From contig JBBQSO010000047.1 in the NCBI GenBank assembly GCA_038213805.1, positions 1-39,591 of the forward strand: a stretch of 39,591 bases of DNA, in the 5' to 3' direction. Position 1 is the first letter of the stretch, and each line of letters begins with the position of its first letter. This DNA is from Planctomycetota bacterium (GTDB taxonomy: Bacteria; Planctomycetota; UBA11346). The notes beneath the pieces are model-generated. The model ran no database searches. It saw only the letters and a program-made list of their open reading frames with translations, and had not been told where the DNA came from. Made by a program: the position numbers and the translations under genes. Below are positions 1 to 9,410 of this stretch, in pieces.

Positions 1-544
1 GCCGCATCTCGCGCAGCTGCTCGCTGGCCTGCACCTGATAGGCGGCGCGGCGCACGTCGCCGGCGAAGCCGATCACCGCGCCCGCCACCCGCGACTTGGC
101 GCCGTCGAGCGCGGCCGAGGCGATGCGCTTGCGCGTCCGCAGATACAGCAGGTCGATGAAATCCTGGATCAGGGACAGCTCGATGGCGGGCCCGGCCGCG
201 AAGAAGTTGACCTGCCCTTCGAAGACCGGATTTCTGAGCATCCCGGCCTTGACCAGGTCCGCCTGGGCGACGCCCAGGTCCTCGTACAGCGCCTGCAGCC
301 GCGGGCTGGTGAGCAGCGCCACCTGCACCGCGGACTCCGGCGTCAGCGGTTTGGCCAGCAGTGCGGCGACCGCCTGTTCGGCCGCGCGATCCTCGGCGCT
401 GCCCTGGTTCCAGTGCACTTGCATGCCGGTGCGCGCGGTGACGGTCGACCCGACATCGCTGAAGGCCGCATCGCGCGGGCCGCCGCAGCCGCCCAGCAGG
501 ACGGTGGCGACGACCACGGCGAGCGCGGGCACGAGCGGTCTCAT
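1..544 (-). CDS. TolC-family outer membrane efflux lipoprotein, heavy-metal/copper type (runs off the left edge of the window)
   Basis: Absent from the ORF track (no stop in window). Manual translation from ATG 544: MRPLVPALAVVVATVLLGGC (lipobox)...LLAKPLTPESAVQVALLTSPRLQALYEDLGVAQADLVKAGMLRNPVF, typical of TolC/OEP proteins in copper-resistance operons. ATGA overlap with the upstream gene. Confidence 0.8.
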   Translation of the reverse strand, partial: MRPLVPALAVVVATVLLGGCGGPRDAAFSDVGSTVTARTGMQVHWNQGSAEDRAAEQAVAALLAKPLTPESAVQVALLTSPRLQALYEDLGVAQADLVKAGMLRNPVFEGQVNFFAAGPAIELSLIQDFIDLLYLRTRKRIASAALDGAKSRVAGAVIGFAGDVRRAAYQVQASEQLREMR

Positions 545-852
545 TTTACGGCCCCTGCAGGCGCCGCCGGCGCATCCTGCGGCACCGGCTCCGCATCGTG
601 ATGATGGTGTCCGGCATGGGCGTCGGCCGCGTCAGGTGTCTGGCCTGGCAGCGGATGCGGCGGGAACAGCACACCTTCGCCGGGCTTCCCCGGGTGGATG
701 GTCAGCGTCGTCGAGGGCGCGGGCGACGGCGCCGCGGCAGCATCGGGGTTGGCTGGATGCGCGGTCGGTACCTGGACATCGACGGCACGGTCGCTGCAGC
801 CGTCGGCAAACAGGACCGCACAGGCGGCGAGGATGAGGCGGACACGGGCCAT
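541..852 (-). CDS. Small His-rich putative lipoprotein, candidate metal-binding protein
   Basis: AAAGGA RBS just upstream of ATG 852; hydrophobic signal ending LFADGC; HPANPDA motif and HAGHHHH tract; translationally coupled to the TolC gene. Confidence 0.7.
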   Translation of the reverse strand: MARVRLILAACAVLFADGCSDRAVDVQVPTAHPANPDAAAAPSPAPSTTLTIHPGKPGEGVLFPPHPLPGQTPDAADAHAGHHHHDAEPVPQDAPAAPAGAVK

Positions 853-1135
853 GGCGACGATCCTTTGCAGCGGCGCGGCTGACGACCAGAAGGCGATGAG
901 CCACCAGGCAGGCCCTGGCGGCGGCGCCACCATCGTGACGCGGCATATGCACCGCGTCGGGGTCAGGCGCTGAGTCGGCGGTGGAGGGCTCATCACGGGG
1001 GGAGGTACACGGCGGGTCCGACTGTCTCAGCACCCAGCGACCGGTCGCTGCGGTCCCACCCGCATGGCCGGTCGCAGAAGCACCCGCGGCCCACGTAGAC
1101 CTTGGCTGGCAGCCGCGATGCCGACGATGCGCGGC

Positions 1136-3445
1136 ATGACCCCGCCCCCGCCCGAGCCGACGCCTGCGGAGATGCGCGCTTACCAGACGGGCACCCTGCC
1201 GCTTGAGCGTTTCGACGTGGTCGACGCTTGGCTGGCCGGGCTCACTGCGCAGGAGCAGGCGCGGCTGCTCGACGGCGACCGCGACGCGGCAACGGATGCG
1301 CACCAGCAGCTGCTCGTCGCCACCGAACCCGGGACACCCAAGGCGTGGTTCCTGGGCGAACGGCTGCGCTCCCGCTATCGCCACGTCGACCGCATCGGCG
1401 CGGGAGGAATGGGCGTGGTCGATGCCGTCCACGATCAGGTCCTGGACCGCGACCTTGCGCTCAAGCGCTGCCGGCCGCGCGAACCGCAGGAAGGCGTCGA
1501 TGACTACGCGCTGCGCCTGCGCTCCTTCCGTCGCGAAGCCGCCATCACCGCCCAGCTCGAGCACCCGGCGATCGTACCGGTGCACGACATCGGCGTCGGG
1601 CCATATGGCGAACCGGCCTTCCTGATGAAGCGCCTCGAAGGCCAGCCGCTGACCAGCACCATCGCCCGGCGCCGCCTGGGCGCGCATGTCGATCTCGCCG
1701 ACCTCATCCAAATCATGGTGCGGATCAGCGAGGCGGTCGGCCACGCCCACAGCCGCAGCATCGTCCACCGCGACCTCAAGCCGGACAACCTCATCGTCGG
1801 CGACATGGGCGCGGTGTACGTCATCGATTGGGGCCTGGCGACCGTGGCGGGCCGGACCGGGCCGGCTTCCACAGCGCTGGGTTCGCCGAGCGGGTTGACC
1901 GGTTTCGGAGTAGGCACGCGCGCTTGGATGGCTCCAGAGCAGGCCGCTGGCGCGGCCGCCGATCCGCGCATGGACGTGTTCGCCCTGGGCGGAATCCTGA
2001 TGGCGGTGCTGACCGGTGCCGAGCCCCGCTGCGACGTCGCCGGTGCACACGGTCCGCTGCCGCGCGTCGACCTGGGTCCGCTCAGCGCGGCGCGCATTCC
2101 GCCTGGACTCGCCGCGGTCGCGCGACGCTGCCTGGCGGACGCGCCCGGCGACCGCTATGCCGATGGCGGCGCGGTGGCGGCCGAACTGCGCCGCTGGCTG
2201 TCCGCGGGCGTGACCTCTGCGGAGCACCCTCCGCTGGCGCGGGTGCTGCTGCTGCGCCTGCGCCGGTCGCCACGCCTGATCACCGCGCTGGTGGTGGCCG
2301 TCGTCGGCCTCGCGGCGGCGGGCGCCTGGGAATTCCGGCACCGGCTCGCGCACCACGACGACGTGCTGACGCGCCTCGGGCACGTCATGGCGCGGGTCGC
2401 GATCGACGACGCGGGATCGGTCCGCGTCGCATTGCATGAGGTCCACGACCTGGCCGGCCTGGGCACGGCAGCGGACGAGATCCGCGCCGCCGAGGTGCGC
2501 CTCTCGGCCGCCGGCGAAGCGCTCGACCTGCGCGCCGCGCAGGAGGTCGAGCGGCAGCGGCTGCAGAGTTTCGCCGCCACCTACCGCATCCGTGGGCCCT
2601 GGCCGGCGGAGGTCGCCGACCTGGATGCGGCGCTCACCGACCTCGGCCTGGCGCTGACCCCGGAACGCTGGGCCGCGGATGCGGAGCTGATCCGGCGCCA
2701 TGCGCTGCGCGATCAGATCCTGGCCACCCTGGTCCAGCTGCAGCGCGCCCTGATCGTCACCGCGCGTGAGCACCCCGCCCGCCGCACCATCCCGAGCGTG
2801 ATCGCGGCGGCGACCGCGGACGCCGCGTGGCACGCCCTCGCCCGCCTGCTCGAGCGCTGCGAACTCGCCGCCCACGACCTGCGCCTGCCGGCCGGACTGG
2901 ACGCCGAGCAGGCGCTGCAATCCCCGGTGACCGCCGACATCCTGCTCGCCACGTATGGGCCCGAGGCGCGCCTGGTGCGCTACGCCAGTAGCCGCCTGGC
3001 GACCGACCCGGGGGCTTTCTGGCCGCGCGTGATCGCGGCGCGCGCGGCCCTGCAGGACGGCCGGCCGGCCGAAGCAGAGCGCCACGCGCTGGTCGCGTTG
3101 GGAGCCGAACCGATGAGCCTGTGGCCGCACCTGGTGCTCGGCTACGTCGCGCTCGCCGGCCAGGACGCGGCGCGCGTGGTCGCAGAAGCCGATGCCGGTC
3201 TCGCGGCGAATCCCGACAACCTTGAGCTGGCCATCCTGCGCGCCGCCGGACTTGCGCGCGGCGGGCAGGTCGCCGCGGCCCAGGCGGCGGTCGATGCGGC
3301 GCACGCGGCGGCGCACCTGCAATACCACCTCCAGCATCCGGTGGGCCACCCGATGGAACGCAGCGTGCAGGCGCTGGTGGACAGCGGAGTCCGCATCCCC
3401 GCGGCCGAGCCGCTGCTGGGACCGGTGGTCCACCCGGCGCATTAG
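1136..3445 (+). CDS. Membrane-anchored Hanks-type Ser/Thr protein kinase with helical (TPR-like) C-terminal domain
   Basis: IGAGGMGVV Gly loop, LALKR Lys, FRREA alphaC, HRDLKPDN catalytic loop, IDWGLA, GTRAWMAPEQ, DVFALG; TM LITALVVAVVGLAAAGAW. Start uncertain (1118, 1127 or 1136). Confidence 0.93.
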   Translation: MTPPPPEPTPAEMRAYQTGTLPLERFDVVDAWLAGLTAQEQARLLDGDRDAATDAHQQLLVATEPGTPKAWFLGERLRSRYRHVDRIGAGGMGVVDAVHDQVLDRDLALKRCRPREPQEGVDDYALRLRSFRREAAITAQLEHPAIVPVHDIGVGPYGEPAFLMKRLEGQPLTSTIARRRLGAHVDLADLIQIMVRISEAVGHAHSRSIVHRDLKPDNLIVGDMGAVYVIDWGLATVAGRTGPASTALGSPSGLTGFGVGTRAWMAPEQAAGAAADPRMDVFALGGILMAVLTGAEPRCDVAGAHGPLPRVDLGPLSAARIPPGLAAVARRCLADAPGDRYADGGAVAAELRRWLSAGVTSAEHPPLARVLLLRLRRSPRLITALVVAVVGLAAAGAWEFRHRLAHHDDVLTRLGHVMARVAIDDAGSVRVALHEVHDLAGLGTAADEIRAAEVRLSAAGEALDLRAAQEVERQRLQSFAATYRIRGPWPAEVADLDAALTDLGLALTPERWAADAELIRRHALRDQILATLVQLQRALIVTAREHPARRTIPSVIAAATADAAWHALARLLERCELAAHDLRLPAGLDAEQALQSPVTADILLATYGPEARLVRYASSRLATDPGAFWPRVIAARAALQDGRPAEAERHALVALGAEPMSLWPHLVLGYVALAGQDAARVVAEADAGLAANPDNLELAILRAAGLARGGQVAAAQAAVDAAHAAAHLQYHLQHPVGHPMERSVQALVDSGVRIPAAEPLLGPVVHPAH

Positions 3446-3496
3446 CAGGCGGGAACTGCCGCATGGGCGCCGACCGCACGCGCATCACGGCGCGGA

Positions 3497-4213
3497 TCAG
3501 GACGGGCGCAGGAAGCCCAACAACACCTCGCACGCGCGTGCCGGATCCGCATCGCGCGGCAACTCGCCCGCCTGGACAAGGTGGTCGACGATCGCCCGCT
3601 GCAGGAAGGTGCGGCCGCGCGCCAACCGGCGCTGGCAGGTGGCGGGGCTCAGACCCATGGCCGGCGCCAGGTCGCGCACGCTCGCGCCGGTGAGCAGGCT
3701 CTGCTCAAGGATCGGAATGCACTCCGCTTCGAGCAGGCCCTGGTCGGCCCAGGCGCGCAGGTCGTTCCACGCCTGCTCCAGCACGCTCTCGGCCCAGGCC
3801 CGGTCCATGGCGGCGTCGACCTGCGGGCTTGATGCATCGACGTGGCCAGCGATCGACGCGGAATCGCTGATGTCCTCGACCTCCGCGACCTGGACGTCTT
3901 TGCCGCGCCGACGGCGGCGCGTGCGCAGGGCGTTGCGCGCGGCGTTGAGCGCGACTGTCATCAGCAGGTGGCGGAAACGGCTGCCCAGGCCGGGCCGCGC
4001 GCCCGCCAGCAGGTCGGGCCGCTCCATGACATGGATGGCGACCTCCTGGACGACGTCGTCGAGGTCGCCGGTCCTGGCCTCGTCGGGAAAGCGCATACGC
4101 ACGTAGCGGGCGATGCTGTCGAAGTAGAGCTCGAGCAGGATGGCCGTGGCCTCGGGCGTCTCACCGAGCCGGCCGATGAGGCTCCAGCGGGTGGCCGGGA
4201 AGCTCAGGGACAC
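3497..4213 (-). CDS. ECF sigma factor of the kinase-associated PVC type
   Basis: N-terminal FPATRWSLI, sigma2 DLDDVVQEV...SRFRHLLMTVALN, linker MDRAWAESVLEQAW, sigma4 HTH SVRDLAPAMGLSPATCQRRLARGR; GTG start at 4213 chosen. Confidence 0.85.
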   Translation of the reverse strand: MSLSFPATRWSLIGRLGETPEATAILLELYFDSIARYVRMRFPDEARTGDLDDVVQEVAIHVMERPDLLAGARPGLGSRFRHLLMTVALNAARNALRTRRRRRGKDVQVAEVEDISDSASIAGHVDASSPQVDAAMDRAWAESVLEQAWNDLRAWADQGLLEAECIPILEQSLLTGASVRDLAPAMGLSPATCQRRLARGRTFLQRAIVDHLVQAGELPRDADPARACEVLLGFLRPS

Positions 4214-4345
4214 GGCGGCGCACTGGTCATGGTGACGATCTTCCGGGGCAGCAGGGTCATGCCAGCTGCAACCACGCGCGTGCTCAACCGAGGTCACTGA
4301 CGCGCTCTTCCTGGTGCGGACAGCGGACCGCTGGGCATCATTGGC

Positions 4346-4546
4346 GTGATGGCGGTGACGGTCGGCAGCGACACGCCGGTGCACGCGGGCGAAATCAGCG
4401 GTGAGAGCACGGTGGTGATCGGCGCCAACCTGCCGACCAAGGGGCACAACAACGCCAGTGGCGCAGGCCGCATCCGCATCAAGGTGCTTGAGGCCGACGA
4501 CGACGTCACCGAACTGCCGGAGGTCGTCGCGGCCGGTGGTCGATAG
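4346..4546 (+). CDS. Small hypothetical ORF or gene remnant
   Basis: 66 codons with coding-like GC3 bias; the upstream sequence also looks coding in another frame (EVTDALFLVRTADRW), so it may be a frameshifted remnant. No family recognised. Confidence 0.3.
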   Translation: MMAVTVGSDTPVHAGEISGESTVVIGANLPTKGHNNASGAGRIRIKVLEADDDVTELPEVVAAGGR

Positions 4547-4551
4547 ACTGC

Positions 4552-5001
4552 CTACGCGCGATCTGCGGGCAGCGCAGCGCAGATCTCGGCGCACCACGCC
4601 GAGATCCTGCGCTCGATCGCATCGCGGATCACCCGCGTGTGCGCGAGCTTCTCATCAGGCGTGCCCTGCAGGGCGGAAGGATCCGGAAAACCCCAGTGCA
4701 GGCGCCGGGTCTGACCCGGAAACACCGGGCAGCGCTCGGCGCTGGCCTCATCGCAGACGGTGATGGCATACGCGAACGGGATGCCCGAACGGATCATGTC
4801 GGCCACGCTCTTGGTCTGATGGCCAGCGATGTCGATGCCCCGCTCGCGCATCGCGGCGACCACGACCGGGTTGAGCCGCCCGGGTTCGATGCCGGCGCTG
4901 TACGCCGCGAAGCGGTCGGGGCAGGCGCGCGCGAGGAAGGCCTCGGCCATCTGGCTGCGCGCGCTGTTGTGGATGCAGACGAAGATGACGTTCTCGCTCA
5001 T
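4552..5001 (-). CDS. arsC: Thioredoxin-type arsenate reductase (LMW-PTP fold)
   Basis: P-loop VCIHNSARSQMAEA (CX5R), SAGIEP, redox pair TVCDEASAERCPVFPG, HWGFPDP; start at MSENV (ATG 5001). Confidence 0.9.
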   Translation of the reverse strand: MSENVIFVCIHNSARSQMAEAFLARACPDRFAAYSAGIEPGRLNPVVVAAMRERGIDIAGHQTKSVADMIRSGIPFAYAITVCDEASAERCPVFPGQTRRLHWGFPDPSALQGTPDEKLAHTRVIRDAIERRISAWCAEICAALPADRA

Positions 5002-5056
5002 GGGCTGCTCGCGGTGGCTGGGACAGGGAGGGCGGAAGGCGGCGCTTCTGGAGGAG

Positions 5057-5074
5057 ACCATTTCAGCGGATGGT
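5057..5074. promoter_or_regulatory. Possible operator (ACCAT-N8-ATGGT inverted repeat) upstream of arsC
   Basis: Short dyad about 55 bp upstream of the arsC start; could be chance. Confidence 0.2.
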
Positions 5075-5199
5075 GACGGGCGCTGGCGGCCGTGGTGGGC
5101 GCTGCGGGTGGGATCAGCCAGCGGCACAGCAGGATCGCCGCCGTGGCACCGACCACCTGCGCGTCGCTCCCGCCGGGCACGTCCACCGCGCAGGCCCGC

Positions 5200-6177
5200 T
5201 CATTTTGCCCGGCGCAGCCCGTCGATCCGCGTCTGCAGCTCCGCGCACGTGCGCTCGGCGGCCTCCACCGTGGCCCGCGCCCCGGCATTGTCACCATCCG
5301 GGGCGACGTAGGCGCGCCACGCGTCGGCGCGCGTGCCGCAGCGCTTCATCACCAGTGCAAACAACGGATCCGCGTCGAGCCGCGCGCGCTCGGCCTGCAC
5401 GTCGGCGGCGGTGCCCGTCACCGGTACGTCCAGACCGGCAAGAATGGTCTCGGCCATCAGCACCTGACCCGGGCCCTGGGGGTGGATGCCGTCCCCGCTC
5501 AGCACGAAGGTGGGCGTGCTGACGCGTTGGCGCGCGAGATACGCATCCATCGGCCCGTGCAGATCGATGACCCAGGCCTGACTGCGCGCCAGGGTCAGCT
5601 CCCACGCCGCGTAGTCGCCCAGCACGCGGTCGTAATCCGCGTACGGCGTCTGATAGCCGAAGTCGGGCGCGTCGATCGGCACCACGTGCCCCTTGCCGGG
5701 CAGCGGGTCGAACGGCGGCGGCGTCAACAGCACCACCCGCGCGCCCGCCGCCGTGCAGGTCGCGACCAGCTTGGTGATGCCGGCCTGGAAGGCCTGCAGG
5801 CGCTCCGGACTCTGCGGATGGTAGATGCCGTCGTTCATGCCGTAGCAGGCGACGACCAGCGCCGGCCTGGTCAGCGCGAGCGCGCGCTCGAGGCGGGCGT
5901 GGACACACGGGCGCGGGCCGGGATGGACCTTCTCGGAAAGACCGGAAGTGGTCTCGCTGGACTTGCCGACGTTGATGATGTCGAGCGTTACCTCGGGGTG
6001 GCGCTGTTCGAGATAATACTCGACCACGCCCACGTACGAGGCGCCGCTGGTGATGCTGTCGCCCAGCCACAGCACGCGCTTGCCGGCCAGCGACGGGGCG
6101 AGGTCAGCGGTGGCGCCCGGCAGCGCGGCCGCGCCAGAGAGAAGGACGGCGAGGACGGCGACCGCGCGCATGGACAT
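5200..6177 (-). CDS. Secreted SGNH/GDSL-family hydrolase (esterase)
   Basis: Signal peptide; blocks WLGDSIT, GKSSET, YGMNDG, DGIHP. Confidence 0.9.
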   Translation of the reverse strand: MSMRAVAVLAVLLSGAAALPGATADLAPSLAGKRVLWLGDSITSGASYVGVVEYYLEQRHPEVTLDIINVGKSSETTSGLSEKVHPGPRPCVHARLERALALTRPALVVACYGMNDGIYHPQSPERLQAFQAGITKLVATCTAAGARVVLLTPPPFDPLPGKGHVVPIDAPDFGYQTPYADYDRVLGDYAAWELTLARSQAWVIDLHGPMDAYLARQRVSTPTFVLSGDGIHPQGPGQVLMAETILAGLDVPVTGTAADVQAERARLDADPLFALVMKRCGTRADAWRAYVAPDGDNAGARATVEAAERTCAELQTRIDGLRRAK

Positions 6178-6235
6178 CGGAACTCCGGGTCGGGGGTGAG
6201 GTATCTACGCCCGCCCGGCGGCAGCGTTCACCCGC

Positions 6236-9193
6236 TCACGGCCGCGCCGCGAGATACCCCCACACGTAGGCGTTCGGCCCCATCGTCTGGTCGATGCAGA
6301 ATTCGCTGTAGGATGGCCAGCCGCGCACGTCCCAATAGGCCTCGGCCACCGGCCAGGCCACGCATTCCGGCTGGGTGCGCGGGCCGACGAACCAGGTGAT
6401 CGGCCAGGTGATCCAGCCGCTGTCCGCGCCCGTGCCCCAGCGCTGCAGGTCGATGTTGCCGTAGGGAGTCAGGCCGATGGGCGGCGCCTGGCCGGTCGCC
6501 ATGGCATCGAGGTTGAGCGGTTTCACGCACGCACTGCCCAGCCCCGAGGTGTAGACGAGGTTGCTGGGATTGGCGCCGAGCGGGAACAGGCTGGCGGCGA
6601 GCGCACCGGCCAGATAGCGCGCGTCCCCGGTAAGCGCGTGCGCGCGCAGCAGACACACCGCGCCGTGCGCCGTGGAGTAGAAACCGATGAACTGCGGCCG
6701 GCCCGGGTCGTCGGCGGTGAGGCCGAAGGCGTTGCCGCGCTGGTAACGCAGCGCGCTCTCGGCGTCGGCGATGAGAATGCGGCGGGCGCGCGCACGCACC
6801 GGCGCGTCGCCCTGGCCCGCGGGCAGGCGCGCGTAGGCGAAGGCGGCGTCGCGCACCGCCTGGTCACCGGCGGAGACCGGCGCGTCGTCGCCAGCCAGCG
6901 CGCTGCCCGCGATGAAGGGCGCGTTCCAGCGCTCGTCGCGGGTCAGCGCGTACAGGCACACCGCGGCGCGCAGGCGGATGGTGGCGAGCTCGCCGTGCCG
7001 GGCCCAGGTGCCGTCGGCGCGCAGCGCCGCCAGCCGCGCCTCCGCCCACGCCATGGCCTGCAGCGCGCCGTCGCGGTAGACGGCGGCCTTGGCCGCGGCG
7101 AACGGCGCCAGCACCTGCGCGGCGCGCGCGGCGACCGCGGCATAGGTCCAGCACGACAGCGCGTCCGGCGCGTAGACGTAGATGGGCAGCCGCTGCTTCC
7201 AGCTAACCTCGCCGAGCTCCGGGTCGCCATCGGTCTCGATGCCGAAGCGGCAGCCGCCGTCGGGCAGCTGCAGGCGCCGGAAGCAATCGAGTTCGAACTG
7301 GCACTCCTTGAGCAGATCCGGCCCGGGCGCGTCGTCCGGGATGGTGAGCGCGAGCGCGCCGAAGTACGCCGGGAAGAGCTGGAACAGTTCGAGCTGCCAG
7401 AAGGTGGTGGTGGTCATGTGCGTGATGCGCCGCGGATTCCAATCGCCCGCGTCGTGGTAGCCGCCCCACGCCTCCGGCACCGCCACGCCGGTGTCGCCAG
7501 CGGCGAGACCACCCTGCGCGTCAAGGATGGAATAGCGCGACTGCGTAACCGGCATGCACCCCGCGACCCCCGGCTTGAGGCAAATCGGGCGCCGGAACGT
7601 GGTGTAGGGCGGCCCCAGTTCGACGCCGCTGCGTTGGTTGTAGAAGCCCTTCATCTGCACCTGGAAGGCGGTCGCCCACGGCGCGGGTCCGATCGCGAAC
7701 GGGTAGGAGCAGCCGACCCCCTCGACCTCAAGGCGGTAGCGTCCGGGCGCGGTGCAGGCCGAGAAGTCGAGCACCGCCACGTCGGTGCCGTTGAAGTTGC
7801 GTGTGGTCGCCATGGTCTCGGGGCGATCGGCTGGCCACGCGGGCCCGACCACGCCATCCCAAATACGCGCGCCGTTGACCGCATCGACCAGGTGGAAGGC
7901 CAGCTGTGCGGGAAAGGCCTGCGCCCCGCCGGCGCCCAGCCACACCGACAGGAAGGCGCGCTTGAGCGGATCGTCGGCGCGAAAACCGAGCTGATCAACG
8001 TGGATGGACTCCGTCCAGGCGGTGGCGGTGGCGAACTCCAGACGGATCGCGGCGCGGTCGGTGTTCACCGCGCCGACCGCGATGTCGTAGGTCCGCCCCG
8101 GCTGCAGCGCGCGCGGCAACTGCAGGTAGACGCGGTGGCACACGACGATGCCGGGTTGGGCGGGCTGCTGCCAATCCTCGGCCTTGGATTTCCGCCACAC
8201 CGTCGTCGGCGCCACCGCGCTGGCGAAGCCGGGATCGTCGCTTGAGGTCACCCGGTAATTGGCCGGGTCATCGCATTCGGCGAGCAGCAGCGGGTCGCCT
8301 GAAAAACCCTCCACACTCATCAGCGCATCCTCCCGGCCAGGTGGCCCAAGCAGCAGGCCGACATCGCTGCCGCCGCGCATCAGATGGGGCGGCGCCTGCC
8401 CCTGGCCAGGCGTACGCGTATCGCTCGCGAGCGGCTGGTAGGCGACCAGCGTGCACGGCGTGATGCGGCCGGCGACGATCTCCAGCGCGAGCACGTCGGG
8501 CGCGGCCGCGTAGACACGCTGCAGGACGGGCGAAGTCGGGCCGCGCCGACCGTACCGCTGCGCCGCGGCCTGCCGCTCTGCGCTGGCGCGCGCGCGCTCC
8601 TGCGCCTGGCGCCCGGTCACCTCTGCGCGGGCGGCGCGCTGCGCATCATCCGCCGCCAGCCGCTGCACCGCGGTCACCCGCAGGTCGAGCGCGCCGTCAC
8701 CGCTCCAATCGCCAATCAGCTGCCATTGCATGAGCTGCGCGAGGTCCGGGGGGCCGGTCTTGCCGATTTCGTTCGGGCGGGTGAACGTGGCGCCATCGAC
8801 CGGCACCAGCACCGCCGACCCCGCCGCTGCCGGCAGCGCAAAGGTCCAGGTCGCGCTGCGCTGAGTGGTGTCGATCACCAGCAGCTTGAGCACCTGCGCC
8901 GTGCCGTGGCCGCCGCACACGACGCGCAGCGCCGGGCTGTCCTCGCCGTGGCCGGACAGGTCGAGGTGGATGTTGGTGCCGGCACCACCCCTGGGCGACA
9001 CGCCCACGGCGTCGAGCAGCAGCGCGCCATCCGCGACCCGGGCGCGGCCCTCCCACGAGCCGTAGGCAAAGGTCAGGGGCTGGTCAAAGGCGAACAACGC
9101 TAGGCCGCTGCGTTCCTCGGCAGCCGGCAGCAGTGCCGCCAGGGACAGGGTGACGACGATCGCCAGGAGCGGGTTAGACAGGGACGCAGGCAT
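6236..9193 (-). CDS. Secreted glycoside hydrolase family 9 protein with N-terminal accessory and Ig-like domains
   Basis: GGAGA RBS before ATG 9193; signal MPASLSNPLLAIVVTLSLAALLPA; Ig-like IHVDQLGF...DFSACTAPGRYRL; GFYNQRSG; WGGYHDAGDWN catalytic Asp pair; LGANPSNLVYTSGLG; C-terminal YSEFCI (candidate acid Glu). Confidence 0.88.
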   Translation of the reverse strand: MPASLSNPLLAIVVTLSLAALLPAAEERSGLALFAFDQPLTFAYGSWEGRARVADGALLLDAVGVSPRGGAGTNIHLDLSGHGEDSPALRVVCGGHGTAQVLKLLVIDTTQRSATWTFALPAAAGSAVLVPVDGATFTRPNEIGKTGPPDLAQLMQWQLIGDWSGDGALDLRVTAVQRLAADDAQRAARAEVTGRQAQERARASAERQAAAQRYGRRGPTSPVLQRVYAAAPDVLALEIVAGRITPCTLVAYQPLASDTRTPGQGQAPPHLMRGGSDVGLLLGPPGREDALMSVEGFSGDPLLLAECDDPANYRVTSSDDPGFASAVAPTTVWRKSKAEDWQQPAQPGIVVCHRVYLQLPRALQPGRTYDIAVGAVNTDRAAIRLEFATATAWTESIHVDQLGFRADDPLKRAFLSVWLGAGGAQAFPAQLAFHLVDAVNGARIWDGVVGPAWPADRPETMATTRNFNGTDVAVLDFSACTAPGRYRLEVEGVGCSYPFAIGPAPWATAFQVQMKGFYNQRSGVELGPPYTTFRRPICLKPGVAGCMPVTQSRYSILDAQGGLAAGDTGVAVPEAWGGYHDAGDWNPRRITHMTTTTFWQLELFQLFPAYFGALALTIPDDAPGPDLLKECQFELDCFRRLQLPDGGCRFGIETDGDPELGEVSWKQRLPIYVYAPDALSCWTYAAVAARAAQVLAPFAAAKAAVYRDGALQAMAWAEARLAALRADGTWARHGELATIRLRAAVCLYALTRDERWNAPFIAGSALAGDDAPVSAGDQAVRDAAFAYARLPAGQGDAPVRARARRILIADAESALRYQRGNAFGLTADDPGRPQFIGFYSTAHGAVCLLRAHALTGDARYLAGALAASLFPLGANPSNLVYTSGLGSACVKPLNLDAMATGQAPPIGLTPYGNIDLQRWGTGADSGWITWPITWFVGPRTQPECVAWPVAEAYWDVRGWPSYSEFCIDQTMGPNAYVWGYLAARP

Positions 9194-9410
9194 GGGATCT
9201 CCGCCGGTGGTGGCCGCAGGGCATGTCCGTCCAGGCCGGCGCATCTGTACACCGGCTCTGGCGACGGTTCCACACGCCCTGCGCTGGGGACTGCTTGGTT
9301 GTACAGATCGCGTACCCTGGGCGGACCTGCTTCTGGAGGACGTTTGCCCCATGCGCACCGGCGCATTCCCAGACGTGGCGCGTGCAGCCCCGACCGGCAT
9401 GGTCGCGGGC

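Noticed and set aside
632..3442. 936-aa minus-strand ORF
   Set aside because: Antisense shadow of the kinase gene in high-GC DNA; no recognisable motifs.
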